Shown: positions 37,555 to 47,198, counted from the first letter of the stretch. The stretch is DNA of 64,000 bases from Candidatus Daviesbacteria bacterium (GCA_021731695.1 JAKFWZ010000080.1:34021-98020), one strand, 5' to 3'. Numbers and translations are program-made. The notes: a model not told the origin generated them from the sequence alone.

Positions 37555-39399
37555 CTATTCTCCTAAAGTCCTTGCCGATTCAGTTGCCACAAAACCAATA
37601 TCCTTAAGTAAGTTAGACTTATCCTCAGAGAAATACCATCTAAAAATTTCTTTAACTACAGGTGAGGCGTTTGTTGAACCCTCCCCTCCTCCTTCAAGTA
37701 ATACTGTTGCAGTGATCTTAGGATTATCAGCCGGCGCGTAGGCCGTATACCATGCATGCGTTTTATTTGGTTCCCCATATTCCGCAGTTCCTGTTTTTCC
37801 TGCAGTTTTAATTGGGAAGGTGAAGAACGGCCAGGCGGTTCCGCCGTCTTTCGGCACTTCTTCTAAACCAACCTTAATTAAATTAATAAATTGAGGATCT
37901 GCTCCCTGATTCAGTGGATCATATTTAAATTCCTTAACAGCTCCTTTTCTAGAGTCTTCAATCGCGAGACCTAAATGAGGGGGGAATTGTTTTCCGTTTG
38001 AAGCTATATATGAAATTAAATTGGAAACCTGAAGTGGAGTTGCAAGTAAAAATCCCTGACCAATTGACATATGCAGCGTGTCTCCCGGATACCAGACTTC
38101 GCCTATTTCTTTATCTTTCCAATCGGGAGTAGGAACCAAACCTGCTTCCTCTCCTAAAATATCAATTCCTATTTTTTTACCAAAACCTAATTTAGTAGCC
38201 TCATTAGCAATTGCTTTTTCTCCGACTAAAGCGCCGAGCTGATAAAAATAAATATCATTTGATCGTTTTAAAGCCCGAACCAAATCAACCGGTTCAGGTT
38301 CTTTCCTTCCATACTGAGTAAAATACCAATTCGCAAAAGAATACGGACCTAAATTCATCACACCTGTGTCTTCAAATTTTGTTTCAGGAGTAATTTTTCC
38401 GGATTCTAAACCAGCAAGCCCTGAGGCAATTTTAAAAGTTGAAGCCGGTGGATAAACACCTGCAATTGCTCTGTTTAAAAGCGGAGAATTCAGTGCAGTT
38501 AATGCTTCTGCTAAATTATCAGGATTATACGAAGGTATAGAAACCATAGCCAAAACTTCACCATTATTTGGGTCAGTTACAACCGCAGCCCCGCAGCAAC
38601 TGCCTGATTTTTGAAGAGTCTCCAGTAGTTTTTGATATGTCACTTCCTGTAGCGCAATATCAATTGTCAGTCTTAAATTTTGCCCTGGAACAGCCTCCTT
38701 TTTACGCAATGTTCGTAATTTCCTACCCGAAGCATCTACTTCAATAATTTCTCCGCCATCAATGCCTCTTAACGTTTTTTCGTAGGCTTCCTCAACTCCA
38801 CCTCTGCCGATTTTATCTCCACCTTTGTAGTTTATATATTTTTCACTGGTAAGTTCCTCTTCCGTTATTTCCCCCATATATCCTAAAACATGACTGGATT
38901 TTTCTTTGTGTGGGTATGTTCTGAGCGAGTCTATTTCAAGATTTGCGAGTCTCGGATCATTATTTACTTCCATATTTATCGCTTCCTCCCTTGTTATATA
39001 CAAAGCTTTCGCAGATCCGCTGGCGTTTAGCATTCGAAATCCCGGAGCATTTGCTGCAACTATTTTTCCGTTTCGATCATAGATAACTCCACGGGGTGCA
39101 TGAATAACTTTAATCTGAATTCGATTTGAATCAGCCAATTCGAGGTTTTCTTTTCCGCGGGCAATTTGAAGATGAAATGCCCTTCCAAAAAGCAAAGCAA
39201 AACCCGTAATAAAAACCAAAACAAGAATTGTTTTTATCCACGGACTCATCTGATGAGTGACAATTTCTTCAGTATCAGAAAAGAACAAATTATCAGAGAT
39301 ATTAAAAGTGTTTAATTTTTTATTATGGAAATGACCCGAGGCACGGGCAGTTTTTTTTAGTTCATCATTAAATGCTTTGCCAAATTTAAGTTTAGCCAT
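37555..39399 (-). CDS. mrdA: penicillin-binding protein 2
   Basis: APRG.IYDRNG, STFK, S.D, KTGTA. Confidence 0.93.
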   Translation of the reverse strand: MAKLKFGKAFNDELKKTARASGHFHNKKLNTFNISDNLFFSDTEEIVTHQMSPWIKTILVLVFITGFALLFGRAFHLQIARGKENLELADSNRIQIKVIHAPRGVIYDRNGKIVAANAPGFRMLNASGSAKALYITREEAINMEVNNDPRLANLEIDSLRTYPHKEKSSHVLGYMGEITEEELTSEKYINYKGGDKIGRGGVEEAYEKTLRGIDGGEIIEVDASGRKLRTLRKKEAVPGQNLRLTIDIALQEVTYQKLLETLQKSGSCCGAAVVTDPNNGEVLAMVSIPSYNPDNLAEALTALNSPLLNRAIAGVYPPASTFKIASGLAGLESGKITPETKFEDTGVMNLGPYSFANWYFTQYGRKEPEPVDLVRALKRSNDIYFYQLGALVGEKAIANEATKLGFGKKIGIDILGEEAGLVPTPDWKDKEIGEVWYPGDTLHMSIGQGFLLATPLQVSNLISYIASNGKQFPPHLGLAIEDSRKGAVKEFKYDPLNQGADPQFINLIKVGLEEVPKDGGTAWPFFTFPIKTAGKTGTAEYGEPNKTHAWYTAYAPADNPKITATVLLEGGGEGSTNASPVVKEIFRWYFSEDKSNLLKDIGFVATESARTLGE

Positions 39400-39434
39400 T
39401 TTAAACGCAGTTTTTAAAAGAGGCGTTGCCTCAT

Positions 39435-39878
39435 CTAAATCTTAAGCTTAATATTTCTTTTAACAATAAATCTTCCCTCCCAGACTCTAATTAAATAAAA
39501 CGCCGGAATAATAAGTAGTGTTTCAATTAAAGCCGGAACGAATTCAAAATTTGTGTGCATAAAAATCATATTTAAAAATTCAAGGGAAAAAATAATAATT
39601 CCCGCCCAAAGGGTTACAGTAAAAGGCGTCAAAGATATCGGCAGCTTAGAAATCATATAGCAAATTTTAACAGTCAAAAGTAAAATCAGAGGCCAATAAC
39701 CCATATTATCCTGAGTCAAAAAAGACAAGATTAAACCACCAAAAAATGCCAGATAATAATTAGAACTATCCTGAATAAGTAAGCTCCTTGCGATAAGACA
39801 AATTAAAATAAGATTAACCGGCAAAAATGCACTTTGTAAAAAGGCAAAAAGTATTAGCACTAATAAAAATATCTTCAT
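39435..39878 (-). CDS. mreD: MreD-like membrane protein
   Basis: hydrophobic; lies between mreC and mrdA. Confidence 0.6.
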   Translation of the reverse strand: MKIFLLVLILFAFLQSAFLPVNLILICLIARSLLIQDSSNYYLAFFGGLILSFLTQDNMGYWPLILLLTVKICYMISKLPISLTPFTVTLWAGIIIFSLEFLNMIFMHTNFEFVPALIETLLIIPAFYLIRVWEGRFIVKRNIKLKI

Positions 39879-39883
39879 TATTT

Positions 39884-39989
39884 AATAAAACCAATAAACA
39901 AATAACCCAATAAAACCAATTCCCAATTTATTTTTCCTGCCTTTTATTTGGCATTGGTTTTATTTGCATATTGGCTTCATTGGTTTATT
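39884..39989. repeat. AATAAACC/GGTTTATT inverted-array element
   Basis: same arms as 12131 and 34624. Confidence 0.8.
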
Positions 39990-39995
39990 CCTTAT

Positions 39996-40787
39996 TTACT
40001 CACCCACAATAAACACTAAATCCAAGTCTCCTATATTAAAAACTGGCTTAACCTTTGCCTGCTTGAATGCCTCCTCGTCTTTTTCAATAATTTCTGTCAC
40101 CTGACCTAAAACTAAACCTCTCGGGATTTCAATTTCCTGACCTTCTGAATAAACTAAATTATTTACCTCAATCGGCTCTTCGTGCAAAATTTTATCGAGT
40201 AACATTTCAGAACCAAACTGTCCGACTAGTAGTCCCTTTGCTCTGCCTGCATCAGATTGAGAAAAGGCAGTTAGCCTGGAGTCGGGGTCTGATGCTAAAA
40301 CTACTTTTGATCTTTTTGGATCAACCTCGAACACTTTTCCAATATAGCTATCTTTAAAAACAACAGCCTGATTAACTTTTATTCCATCATCGCTGCCTTT
40401 ATCTATAAGAAGAAATCTTGAAAATCCAATCGGCCGTGCCGGAATTAAATTAAAAACCTCATCACTCAAAGCTTTGTCCTGATCCAAAAACGCTTGTGTT
40501 TCGGCAAGTTTTTTTCTTAAACTCGCATTTTCAGAAAGCACCAGCGCAAGCTGTTCGCTCAATGCTTTATTTTCCTGACTCGCTTTTCTGGCGTTAACAA
40601 TATATCCAAACTGACCGGAAACATTTAAATAGCTCCTAAAAAGACCATATTGAATCGGAACTGTGACATTTTGGACCAAAGATTTTGGCAGATTCAGGAA
40701 TTTAAAACTGTCTAAAAAAATCAACACAACTGCGATAAAAAGCAACAATCCATATACTTTTATATCTTCAAGGATTAGCTTCACCAT
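39996..40787 (-). CDS. mreC: rod shape-determining protein MreC
   Basis: coiled coil (ENASLR), IDKGS.DG, P.GL.LG.V; start moved to ATG 40787. Confidence 0.92.
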   Translation of the reverse strand: MVKLILEDIKVYGLLLFIAVVLIFLDSFKFLNLPKSLVQNVTVPIQYGLFRSYLNVSGQFGYIVNARKASQENKALSEQLALVLSENASLRKKLAETQAFLDQDKALSDEVFNLIPARPIGFSRFLLIDKGSDDGIKVNQAVVFKDSYIGKVFEVDPKRSKVVLASDPDSRLTAFSQSDAGRAKGLLVGQFGSEMLLDKILHEEPIEVNNLVYSEGQEIEIPRGLVLGQVTEIIEKDEEAFKQAKVKPVFNIGDLDLVFIVGE

Positions 40788-40833
40788 TAGGTTGTTAATG
40801 TAGCATAAATATGGTACTCTTTGACAGGACAAA

Positions 40834-41664
40834 ATGGCCGATTCATTCATAGAAAAGCTAAAACAAAAATGGAATGAAGACCGTTTTATTTGTATCGGCT
40901 TAGATTCAGATTTCTCCAAAATCCCTCAAAGTTTCAAAGATCAAAGTTCAGATTCAGAAGTTCCAATCGAAGGAGCCATTTATGAGTTCAATAAATCAAT
41001 CATTGATTCAACTCATGACCTAGTCTGCGCCTATAAAATCAACAGTGCATTTTATGAAGCAGATGCTCAAACCTGGGAAGCAATGCTAAATACCTTTTAT
41101 TACATCCAAAGAACATATCCTGAAATTCCGGTTATCTTAGATGCAAAACGCGGAGATATCGGAAATACGAATCAGGGTTACGTAAAAATGGCTTTTGAAA
41201 CTATAAAAGCTGATGCAATTACAATTCACCCATATTTAGGACAGGAAGCAAATCAGCCGTTTTTAGATCAAAAAGACAAAGGCATAATTGTTTTAGTTAG
41301 AACTTCGAATGAAGGCGCAGGAGAATTTCAGGACCTTCCAGTTAGTGGTCGCCCGCTTTATGAGATAGTTGCAGAAAATGTTGCAACGAAGTGGAATACA
41401 AACGGAAACTGCGCAGTTGTTGTTGGAGCAACTTATCCGGAAGAGTTAAAGAAAGTTAGGGAAATTGTCGGAGATATGCCTATTTTAGTGCCTGGAATTG
41501 GAGCCCAAGGCGGAGATTTAGAAGGAGTTTTAGCAAATGGACTTAATAAAGAAAAGCAGGGATTGATAATAAGTTCCTCAAGGGCAATAATCTACGCAGA
41601 TGATCCGAGAATGGCTGCGCAGGATTTGGACCAGAAAATTTCGTCATTCCACCGGACCAAGTGA
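40834..41664 (+). CDS. pyrF: orotidine-5'-phosphate decarboxylase
   Basis: CIGLD, ILDAKRGDIGNT, VVGAT, LVPGIGAQGG. Confidence 0.97.
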   Translation: MADSFIEKLKQKWNEDRFICIGLDSDFSKIPQSFKDQSSDSEVPIEGAIYEFNKSIIDSTHDLVCAYKINSAFYEADAQTWEAMLNTFYYIQRTYPEIPVILDAKRGDIGNTNQGYVKMAFETIKADAITIHPYLGQEANQPFLDQKDKGIIVLVRTSNEGAGEFQDLPVSGRPLYEIVAENVATKWNTNGNCAVVVGATYPEELKKVREIVGDMPILVPGIGAQGGDLEGVLANGLNKEKQGLIISSSRAIIYADDPRMAAQDLDQKISSFHRTK

Positions 41665-41773
41665 AACTTGGGAGGTCGCTTGCAAAAAATGTCTAAACGA
41701 CAATTTTTGACAAGGGGGCGAAGTCTGGAATCCAGGCAAATCACACTGGATCCCAAATCAAGTTTGGGATGAC
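41642..41773. repeat. CGTC-family element with nested ACCGGA..GACAAGGGG insert; supplies the pyrF stop
   Basis: cgtcattcc[accgg..ggaggtcgcttgcaaaa..ttttgacaagggg]..ggaatccagg..ctggatccc..gggatgac. Confidence 0.85.
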
Positions 41774-41783
41774 AGGAGAAAAT

Positions 41784-42434
41784 ATGAACACAGAAACATC
41801 TAAACAAGTTGCAAAAATATTACTTGAACTTAAAGCTATAACGCTTAAGCCAAACGAGCCTTTTAAATATGCTTCAGGAATTTTATCGCCTGTTTATACA
41901 GACTGCAGAGTGATTATTGCCTATCCTGAAAAAAGAAAAGAAATCAGGGATTTATATATAGAAGCTATTGAGGAATCAGGTGTTGAATTTGATATCGTCG
42001 CAGGAACTGCCACTGCCGGAATTCCTCATGCCGCCTGGATTGCAGATAAATTAGAGTTGCCGATGATTTATGTTCGGGGCAAAGCGAAAGATCACGGTAA
42101 AGGAAATACTGTCGAAGGAATAATCGAAGAAGGGCAATCAGCAGTAGTTATTGAGGATTTAGTTTCAACCGGAGAAAGTTCGATCAATAGTGTTAAAGCA
42201 ATCGAAGAAGCCGGCGGAAAAGTCTCGCACGTTTTTTCAATCATTCAATATGGTTTAGATAAAGGAAAAAATAATTTTAGCGAGAATAATATAGAACTTA
42301 TATCGCTGACAGATTTCAAAACAGTTGTCGAAGAAGCGCAAAAAATGGGTTATATAAATGAAGAGGAAATTGAAGTGGTTATGGATTGGATCGCGGATCC
42401 CGAAGGCTGGGGCAAAAAACACGGGTTTGAATAG
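41784..42434 (+). CDS. pyrE: orotate phosphoribosyltransferase
   Basis: ASGI.SP.Y.DCR, VR...KDHG, IEDLVSTGES. Confidence 0.97.
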   Translation: MNTETSKQVAKILLELKAITLKPNEPFKYASGILSPVYTDCRVIIAYPEKRKEIRDLYIEAIEESGVEFDIVAGTATAGIPHAAWIADKLELPMIYVRGKAKDHGKGNTVEGIIEEGQSAVVIEDLVSTGESSINSVKAIEEAGGKVSHVFSIIQYGLDKGKNNFSENNIELISLTDFKTVVEEAQKMGYINEEEIEVVMDWIADPEGWGKKHGFE

Positions 42435-42475
42435 ATTTAATGAAGCGAGCTATGAAAGCAGCTCTCTTTTAGTAG

Positions 42476-42682
42476 GCGAGTCCTGAACGCAGCGCCGTTT
42501 GAGTTTAAAGTTTTTGTCTAAGAACAAAGCGCGTTTAGAATTTTTGAGTGAGTTGTCAGGGGATTTCGGTTTTTTGTGATTAGCAAAAAAGCCGAAGGGG
42601 CAGCCTCCCCGACTAACGAACAAAAAAATTTAGCGCGACTTCTCGACAAAAAGAGTTTTGCTACTTTTGCGGTCAAAAGTAG
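42476..42682 (+). repeat. structured repeat, copy E
   Basis: close to copy D; 5' part shared with copy C. Confidence 0.85.
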
Positions 42683-42700
42683 AAGAAAGAAAAGAAAAAA

Positions 42701-42739
42701 ATCGAGATTGCCACGTCGCCTTTGGCTCCTCGCAATGAC
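42701..42739. repeat. CGTC-family right half element
   Basis: gagattgccacgtcgcctttggctcctcgcaatgac. Confidence 0.8.
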
Positions 42740-42747
42740 AAACATTT

Positions 42748-43959
42748 ATGACTAACATTATTAAACTTCCTGGACTAATCGATACTCACGTCCATTTACG
42801 CGAACCCGGTCTTACGCATAAAGAAGACTTTGAGTCAGGCACAAAAGCTGCAATTGCAGGCGGATACACAGTTGTTTTAGATATGCCCAACAACCCAAAC
42901 CCAATTACCAATCCCGAAGCTTTAGCTGAGAAAATAAAATTAGCTGAGGGCGTCATTGCGATATCACGCAATGAAGAAGCAATCCCAGCAAGCTCTGAGA
43001 TTGCCGCGTCGCCACGTTCAGTTAACATGAATGTGGCTCCTCGCAATGACGATACAAATACCCTCGCCCTCAAGGGAGAGGGCCAGGGTGAGGGGTATTC
43101 CAGAATCTACTGTGACTTAGGTTTTCATTTCGGCGCCTCAGAAGAAGCAATTAAATATTTCGGGGATGTTCAGGAAAAAGTCTTTGGTTTAAAGGTTTAT
43201 ATGAACCACACAACCGGTGAACTATTGATAGAAGACAAAAAATTACTTAATGAGATATTTGAAGCCTGGCCCAAAGATAAAGTATTAATGGTTCATGCAG
43301 AAACAGAAACTTTAGCTATGGCTATAGAACTGGCGAAAAAACATGGCAACACTCTTCACGTTTGCCACGTTGCGAGGAAAATTGAACTGGAATTAATTAA
43401 GCAGGCAAAATCAGAAGGGCTTCCAATCACTTGCGAAGTTTCTCTTCATCATCTTTATTTAACCCACGAAGATGAGGAAAGACTCAGGCATTTCGGAATG
43501 ATGCGCCCACCCTTAGCCTCGCCTGAAGATGTGCAATATCTTTGGGATAATATTGATTCAATCGATACGATAGCTTCGGATCACGCACCTCACACAAAGG
43601 AAGAAAAGGAAAGCGAGAAAGTTGTAAATGGTGTGCCAGGATTAGAAACCAGTCTTCCTCTATTACTTAACGCGATTAATGATGAAAGATTAACGATTAA
43701 TGATTTAATCAGACTAACTTCTGAAAATCCCAGAAAGATATTTAATATCCCTAAACAGCAGGATACATATGTAGAGGTTGATCTCGACGCAGAATGGACA
43801 ATTTCTAATGACGGATTATTTACAAAAGCGGGCTGGACACCTTTCGCAGGAATGAAAATAAAAGGAAAAATCCTAAAAACAGTTTTAAGAGGAGAGACAG
43901 TTTTTGAGAATGGTGAAATTAAAAATGCTCCTTCAGGAAAAGTTATTTTCCCAAAATGA
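42748..43959 (+). CDS. pyrC: dihydroorotase with in-frame repeat insert
   Basis: DTHVHLREPG, DMPN, HAE, SDHAPH, GWTPF.G. Confidence 0.95.
   Translation: MTNIIKLPGLIDTHVHLREPGLTHKEDFESGTKAAIAGGYTVVLDMPNNPNPITNPEALAEKIKLAEGVIAISRNEEAIPASSEIAASPRSVNMNVAPRNDDTNTLALKGEGQGEGYSRIYCDLGFHFGASEEAIKYFGDVQEKVFGLKVYMNHTTGELLIEDKKLLNEIFEAWPKDKVLMVHAETETLAMAIELAKKHGNTLHVCHVARKIELELIKQAKSEGLPITCEVSLHHLYLTHEDEERLRHFGMMRPPLASPEDVQYLWDNIDSIDTIASDHAPHTKEEKESEKVVNGVPGLETSLPLLLNAINDERLTINDLIRLTSENPRKIFNIPKQQDTYVEVDLDAEWTISNDGLFTKAGWTPFAGMKIKGKILKTVLRGETVFENGEIKNAPSGKVIFPK
42951..43095. repeat. CGTC/RPE-like element followed by a CCCTC..GAGGG element, in frame in pyrC
   Basis: cgtcattgcg..cgcaatgacg (42951-43051) and ccctcgccctcaagggagagggccagggtgagggg (43061-43095). 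Confidence 0.9.
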
Positions 43960-44111
43960 AAACAAGCACAGAAGATATAACAGATAAAATAGTTGATAAA
44001 CTTAACCGAATACTTACCGAGCTCAGGGAAGCCCGCCTGGAGATGGCAGAATCGAACAGGAAGTATCAGGAATCTAAAAGATTGAGAGATTACGACAAAC
44101 TCAATATTTAA
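43956..44111 (+). CDS. small hypothetical protein (51 aa)
   Basis: ATGA overlap with pyrC; MKTSTEDITDKIVDKLNRIL... Confidence 0.45.
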   Translation: MKTSTEDITDKIVDKLNRILTELREARLEMAESNRKYQESKRLRDYDKLNI

Positions 44112-44160
44112 CGGGCAAAGTAATTTATCCTAAATCTTAAATCAATAAATTTATCTAATT

Positions 44161-44789
44161 TTACTTGGGTGGTTGTTTTGCAAAAGAAGCTTTCGCTAAT
44201 TCTCTACCTAATACTACTCCTTGGTTAAAAAAGTTCTTATACACTCCGATTGGAAACAATCTGGTTGATGCTTTACCTACTAAGGATTTAAGCACTGGCA
44301 AAGTATCCGGAAGTCTTGGGATATTAAGAGCAAGAGACAGCGAATCGGCATCACCAGACACACGAGTTTCTGTTAAACCTGAATTTTCAAAGATTAAACT
44401 AAAATCTTGCTCTGCTAATGCGCCTGTTCCAGAAACAACATCCCGGTCGTGCTCCCTATCATACACCTCAAGCACTAAAGCTGCCCCCTCAAGTAACGGT
44501 TGCTTATAAGCTTTCACCTTATTAGTATAACTGTCAATTCTATCATTAAGTGCTCGAGCTAAAACAGGGTTGGCTTCAACTAAACTGATCATTACCTGGT
44601 TAGTTAGTTCTGTGCTGGCGTGGTGCGGGTTTTTTGAAGCTTCAGCAGATGCGTTAATTCCCATTATCACTGATCGGGTACCATCATTCACATCAATATT
44701 TAGCTCACTTGTCAGTTGCCGCAAAGATTCCTCACTGATATCTCCTAGAGATGGGGGGGAGTAGGTTCACCTTCTGGACTTCCAAACAT
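44161..44789 (-). pseudogene. orphan gene with a probable frameshift in a G7 tract
   Basis: ATG at 44789 joins ORF 44161-44724 if the run at 44753-44759 gains 1 nt. Confidence 0.5.
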
Positions 44790-44812
44790 GATTTAATTAT
44801 CTAGAAAAACCT

Positions 44813-45883
44813 TCATCCTGTCAATCCTTCTTTTATTTCTTTCACTAAATCTGGATTCCACATTGCGCCTGTTGCAGACATTACCACATCCGCTCCTGCA
44901 TCCCTATATTCTTTATAATCTTCAGGCGTCATTACTCCGCCTACACCCGTTATCGAAAACTTATAACCCTTTTTATCTCTAATCTTTTTCATCCTTTTTA
45001 CAAAATCAATTCCCGCCCATTTTATCCCCGCTCCGCAAATTCCGCTTCTTAATCTGTTTTCCCCAGGCAAAGCCTGCAGACCCTGAGCATCAACCACAGT
45101 TGCCTGCAGAGTATTAATCCCTGCTATATCATCAACAACTGCGTTTGCAATCGAGGCTAATCGCTCCATGTCCTTATCGTCTTGATAGTAACCAACCTTG
45201 ATAATAAAGGGAGTGTCGCCAATAACCTCACGGATTCCTTTAATAATCTTTTCTGTTACTTCAAGGTTATAGCAAACCAATCCTTCATTCCCGATATTTG
45301 GGCATGAAAGGTTGGCTTCAAGAACTTTTGCACCAGTTTCTTTGGCAAGCTTCCCGGCCAATATAAAATCTTTTATAAATTCCTCCTGAGTCTGACCCTT
45401 CCAAACGGTACCCATAAAAGATAAAACCATAACCTGTCCCTTTCCTGCATAAGACATCGCCTTTTTTACATCAGTCTGCCAGACATCAGGGATTTTCGAA
45501 GGCACTCCGAAGGAATTGGTAATTGATAAAGGTTCTTTATAATCGCTAGATGCAGTCAATGGACTTTGGAGTTTTTCAGGCGTTAAATCACCCTCAACTT
45601 CTACAGCTAAAACATTCGGGAAAGGATGCGAAGGATAGGAATTTGCCCTGACTGTTTTATAAACCACAATATCAAACCCCGCCTTAAACGCGGCTTCACA
45701 ATATTTTGAATTTAAAAGGGGACCTGCAGGAATACCGAAAGGCGCGTAAACTTTCTGGCCTAGAAAATCGATTTCAGGCTCGCCTGTTTGTTCAAATTTT
45801 TCTTTACCAAGTTCCCCGGACGGACCTTTTTCATAATTTTCCTCGTAGCTTAGCAGCGGATCGTAAAATGGAGTCTTGAGCAC
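44813..45883 (-). CDS. pyrD: dihydroorotate dehydrogenase family protein
   Basis: PFGIPAGP, ITNSFGVPS, EANLSCPN, INT, GVGGV; near pyrFEC. Confidence 0.8.
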   Translation of the reverse strand: MLKTPFYDPLLSYEENYEKGPSGELGKEKFEQTGEPEIDFLGQKVYAPFGIPAGPLLNSKYCEAAFKAGFDIVVYKTVRANSYPSHPFPNVLAVEVEGDLTPEKLQSPLTASSDYKEPLSITNSFGVPSKIPDVWQTDVKKAMSYAGKGQVMVLSFMGTVWKGQTQEEFIKDFILAGKLAKETGAKVLEANLSCPNIGNEGLVCYNLEVTEKIIKGIREVIGDTPFIIKVGYYQDDKDMERLASIANAVVDDIAGINTLQATVVDAQGLQALPGENRLRSGICGAGIKWAGIDFVKRMKKIRDKKGYKFSITGVGGVMTPEDYKEYRDAGADVVMSATGAMWNPDLVKEIKEGLTG

Positions 45884-45928
45884 GACGTAATGATAGCAAA
45901 ACAGGTTCTAAGAAACAATTTGGGTATC

Positions 45929-46327
45929 TTACCTAGGCAATCCACTACGGTATCTTTCGGGTTTTAACAAAGCATTTCTAAAGTTCCCGGGTAGTGATAC
46001 ATAAGGCACTTTCCATGGTGTTACTCTATTATAATTAATAATTACACCCGTACTCATTTCACCCTGCGGTTCTCCGTATCCTATTACAACTTCTTCTTCC
46101 CTAAACTCAGCAGCAGCTCCGGCAAGGGATTTCATTTCTCCAGATTCTAAATTCACGGTAAAATCCGAACCTCTTTTAGAACTGCTCCATACAATTACAA
46201 ATCTTGGATACCTTACTATCTCTAGCCCTTCTTTATGAATGGGTGGTTCGTGATTTGTGGAGTAAGCAATCTGCAGTGGATTGACCTCACTCCAGGGCAA
46301 CACCTTACGTCTTTCAATACCAAACAT
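45929..46327 (-). CDS. hypothetical protein (orphan)
   Basis: 132-aa ORF; TAGAAT 6 nt upstream. Confidence 0.6.
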   Translation of the reverse strand: MFGIERRKVLPWSEVNPLQIAYSTNHEPPIHKEGLEIVRYPRFVIVWSSSKRGSDFTVNLESGEMKSLAGAAAEFREEEVVIGYGEPQGEMSTGVIINYNRVTPWKVPYVSLPGNFRNALLKPERYRSGLPR

Positions 46328-46403
46328 ATGTAAATTCTAATCCTCTTTATTTTTTAAATCAAATTTCATAGCTTCTCTTCGTTAAATTAATCCCTACACC
46401 TAT

Positions 46404-46439
46404 GTTTCAATAATCAAACGATCGTCTGTTTTTTGAAAC
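46404..46439. repeat. 36-bp palindrome downstream of the PaaX-like gene
   Basis: GTTTCAA-taatcaaaCGATCGtctgtttt-TTGAAAC; partner at 47105-47140. Confidence 0.65.
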
Positions 46440-46471
46440 GTTAATGTAGTTAAAACGAATACATACCTTCG

Positions 46472-47104
46472 CTACAAATCTACCTCACCAGATTCAATCA
46501 CCATCACCCAATCTTTTATTCCCAACTGCTTAATGTATTTTCTTAGCGGATCTTTACAATCCCTCTTTGATGCCCAAAGACTTTTCTGCCAAGGTACGAA
46601 CCCCCATTCCCTAAGTCTAAATCTAAGTAAATTCCTGGCTTCTTTCCTTTTTTCCGGAATATCAAACGAAACCAAAGTCCACTTGCCATTCCACTCTTTA
46701 TCGTCTACTTCTTTTAGTTTTGCCCAAATCGCCTTGTCTAAACCTGTATCGCTTAACTTTAATGAAGCACCACGGGCTTACGCCCGTGGTTTCTTCTAGC
46801 TTCAAGCGGCTAAGGTCGCTTGTCCTCACACTACGTGTTCGGAAAATCTTCATCCGCGAGCTAATGCTCGTGGTTTTAAGATTTGTCGCTATAAAAGCTT
46901 TTCTTCGTCAATAAAATCAACTAAACCTTTTTCCCTTAGCCTCTTCAGCGCCTGAGCAAGGAGGGGTTTCTTAATCATTTTGGGATAACCATACAAATAC
47001 TTGTGTGGATGATTGATAAAATCTTCAAATTTTACATAGCCGTCAACAGATTTCTCAAGTGCCAATAAGATTGTATTCGTTAAAGGTTTTTTTGTTCCGC
47101 CCAT
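46472..47104 (-). pseudogene. PaaX-like wHTH + Cas2-like domain gene disrupted by the PATE
   Basis: removing 46762-46890 restores a 167-aa frame ..DEEKLLLKLSDTG..WNGKWTLVSFDIPEKRK..QKSLW. Confidence 0.88.
46762..46890 (-). mobile_element. 129-bp IS200/IS605-type PATE, copy 2
   Basis: identical to 4661-4789; TTTAT target. Confidence 0.88.
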
Positions 47105-47140
47105 ATTTCATTTATACAGCGATCGTTGGAATTTTGAAAC
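47105..47140. repeat. 36-bp palindrome upstream of the PaaX-like gene
   Basis: ATTTCA..CGATCG..TTGAAAC; 26/36 identical to 46404-46439. Confidence 0.6.
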
Positions 47141-47198
47141 AAAGTTCATCCAGGACCCACATCCGTGGTTTTTCGTATGAATTTGAAAGAGTAATTTT

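Noticed and set aside
46404-47140. CRISPR array / CRISPR-Cas locus
   Set aside because: Only two degenerate repeats separated by a whole gene; no spacers of regular length and no cas1 or effector genes
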